The notes under the pieces were generated by a model. The model did no database searches. It was given only the letters and a program-made list of their open reading frames with translations, and had not been told where the DNA came from. Positions 7,002-7,169 of a DNA stretch of 7,169 nt are shown piece after piece. The stretch lies in assembly GCA_000388065.2 (NCBI GenBank), contig KB932212.1, one strand, 5' to 3'. The DNA comes from Fonticula alba ATCC 38817. Its lineage: Eukaryota; Protista; Nucleariida. The position numbers were made by a program, and so were the translations under genes. The number at the start of each line of letters is the position of its first letter. Position 1 is the first letter of the stretch.

Positions 7002-7169
7002 CCTTGAGTAAGAATCCCCCCCGGCCGGCTGGCCAGCCGGCGCGGTGAGACCCGGTGCTGGGGAGTTCGCCAGCCTGAGCGCGCTGTTGGCGCAACCATC
7101 GCGAGCCCGCACAGCTAGCACCTCACTTGAGGAGCCGAGAACGAGCTGCGAGAGAGGCCCCACCGGGCC

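Noticed and set aside
1-7169. Prokaryotic features (operon, CRISPR, IS element), tRNA or rRNA
   Set aside because: No spaced repeats, transposase or structural RNA signatures were seen. Introns and the RGS domain indicate a eukaryote.

Overview
High-GC eukaryotic genomic DNA with spliceosomal introns, two N gaps and GC-rich codon third positions. The style suggests a protist draft assembly (Fonticula-like is only a guess). One real gene dominates, on the minus strand (stop at 937-939). It encodes an RGS (regulator of G-protein signalling) domain split by a 450-aa low-complexity insertion and fused to a C-terminal AIFM2/FSP1-like (NDH-2 superfamily) FAD/NAD(P)H oxidoreductase. The 1062-aa ORF in the track reads through a 243-nt in-frame, stop-free GT-AG intron (2084-2326); the spliced product is about 981 aa from the Met at 4125. 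A second acceptor at 4144 suggests that 5' exon(s) lie in or beyond the 935-N gap. To the right is non-coding DNA with promoter-like elements (inverted CCAAT pair, GC boxes, CT tract, A tract, (CG)n runs) and a plausible plus-strand intron (6699-7001) of a divergent transcript. A 190-nt duplication around the small gap looks like an assembly artefact. All other ORFs in the track appear to be GC-rich or N-gap artefacts.
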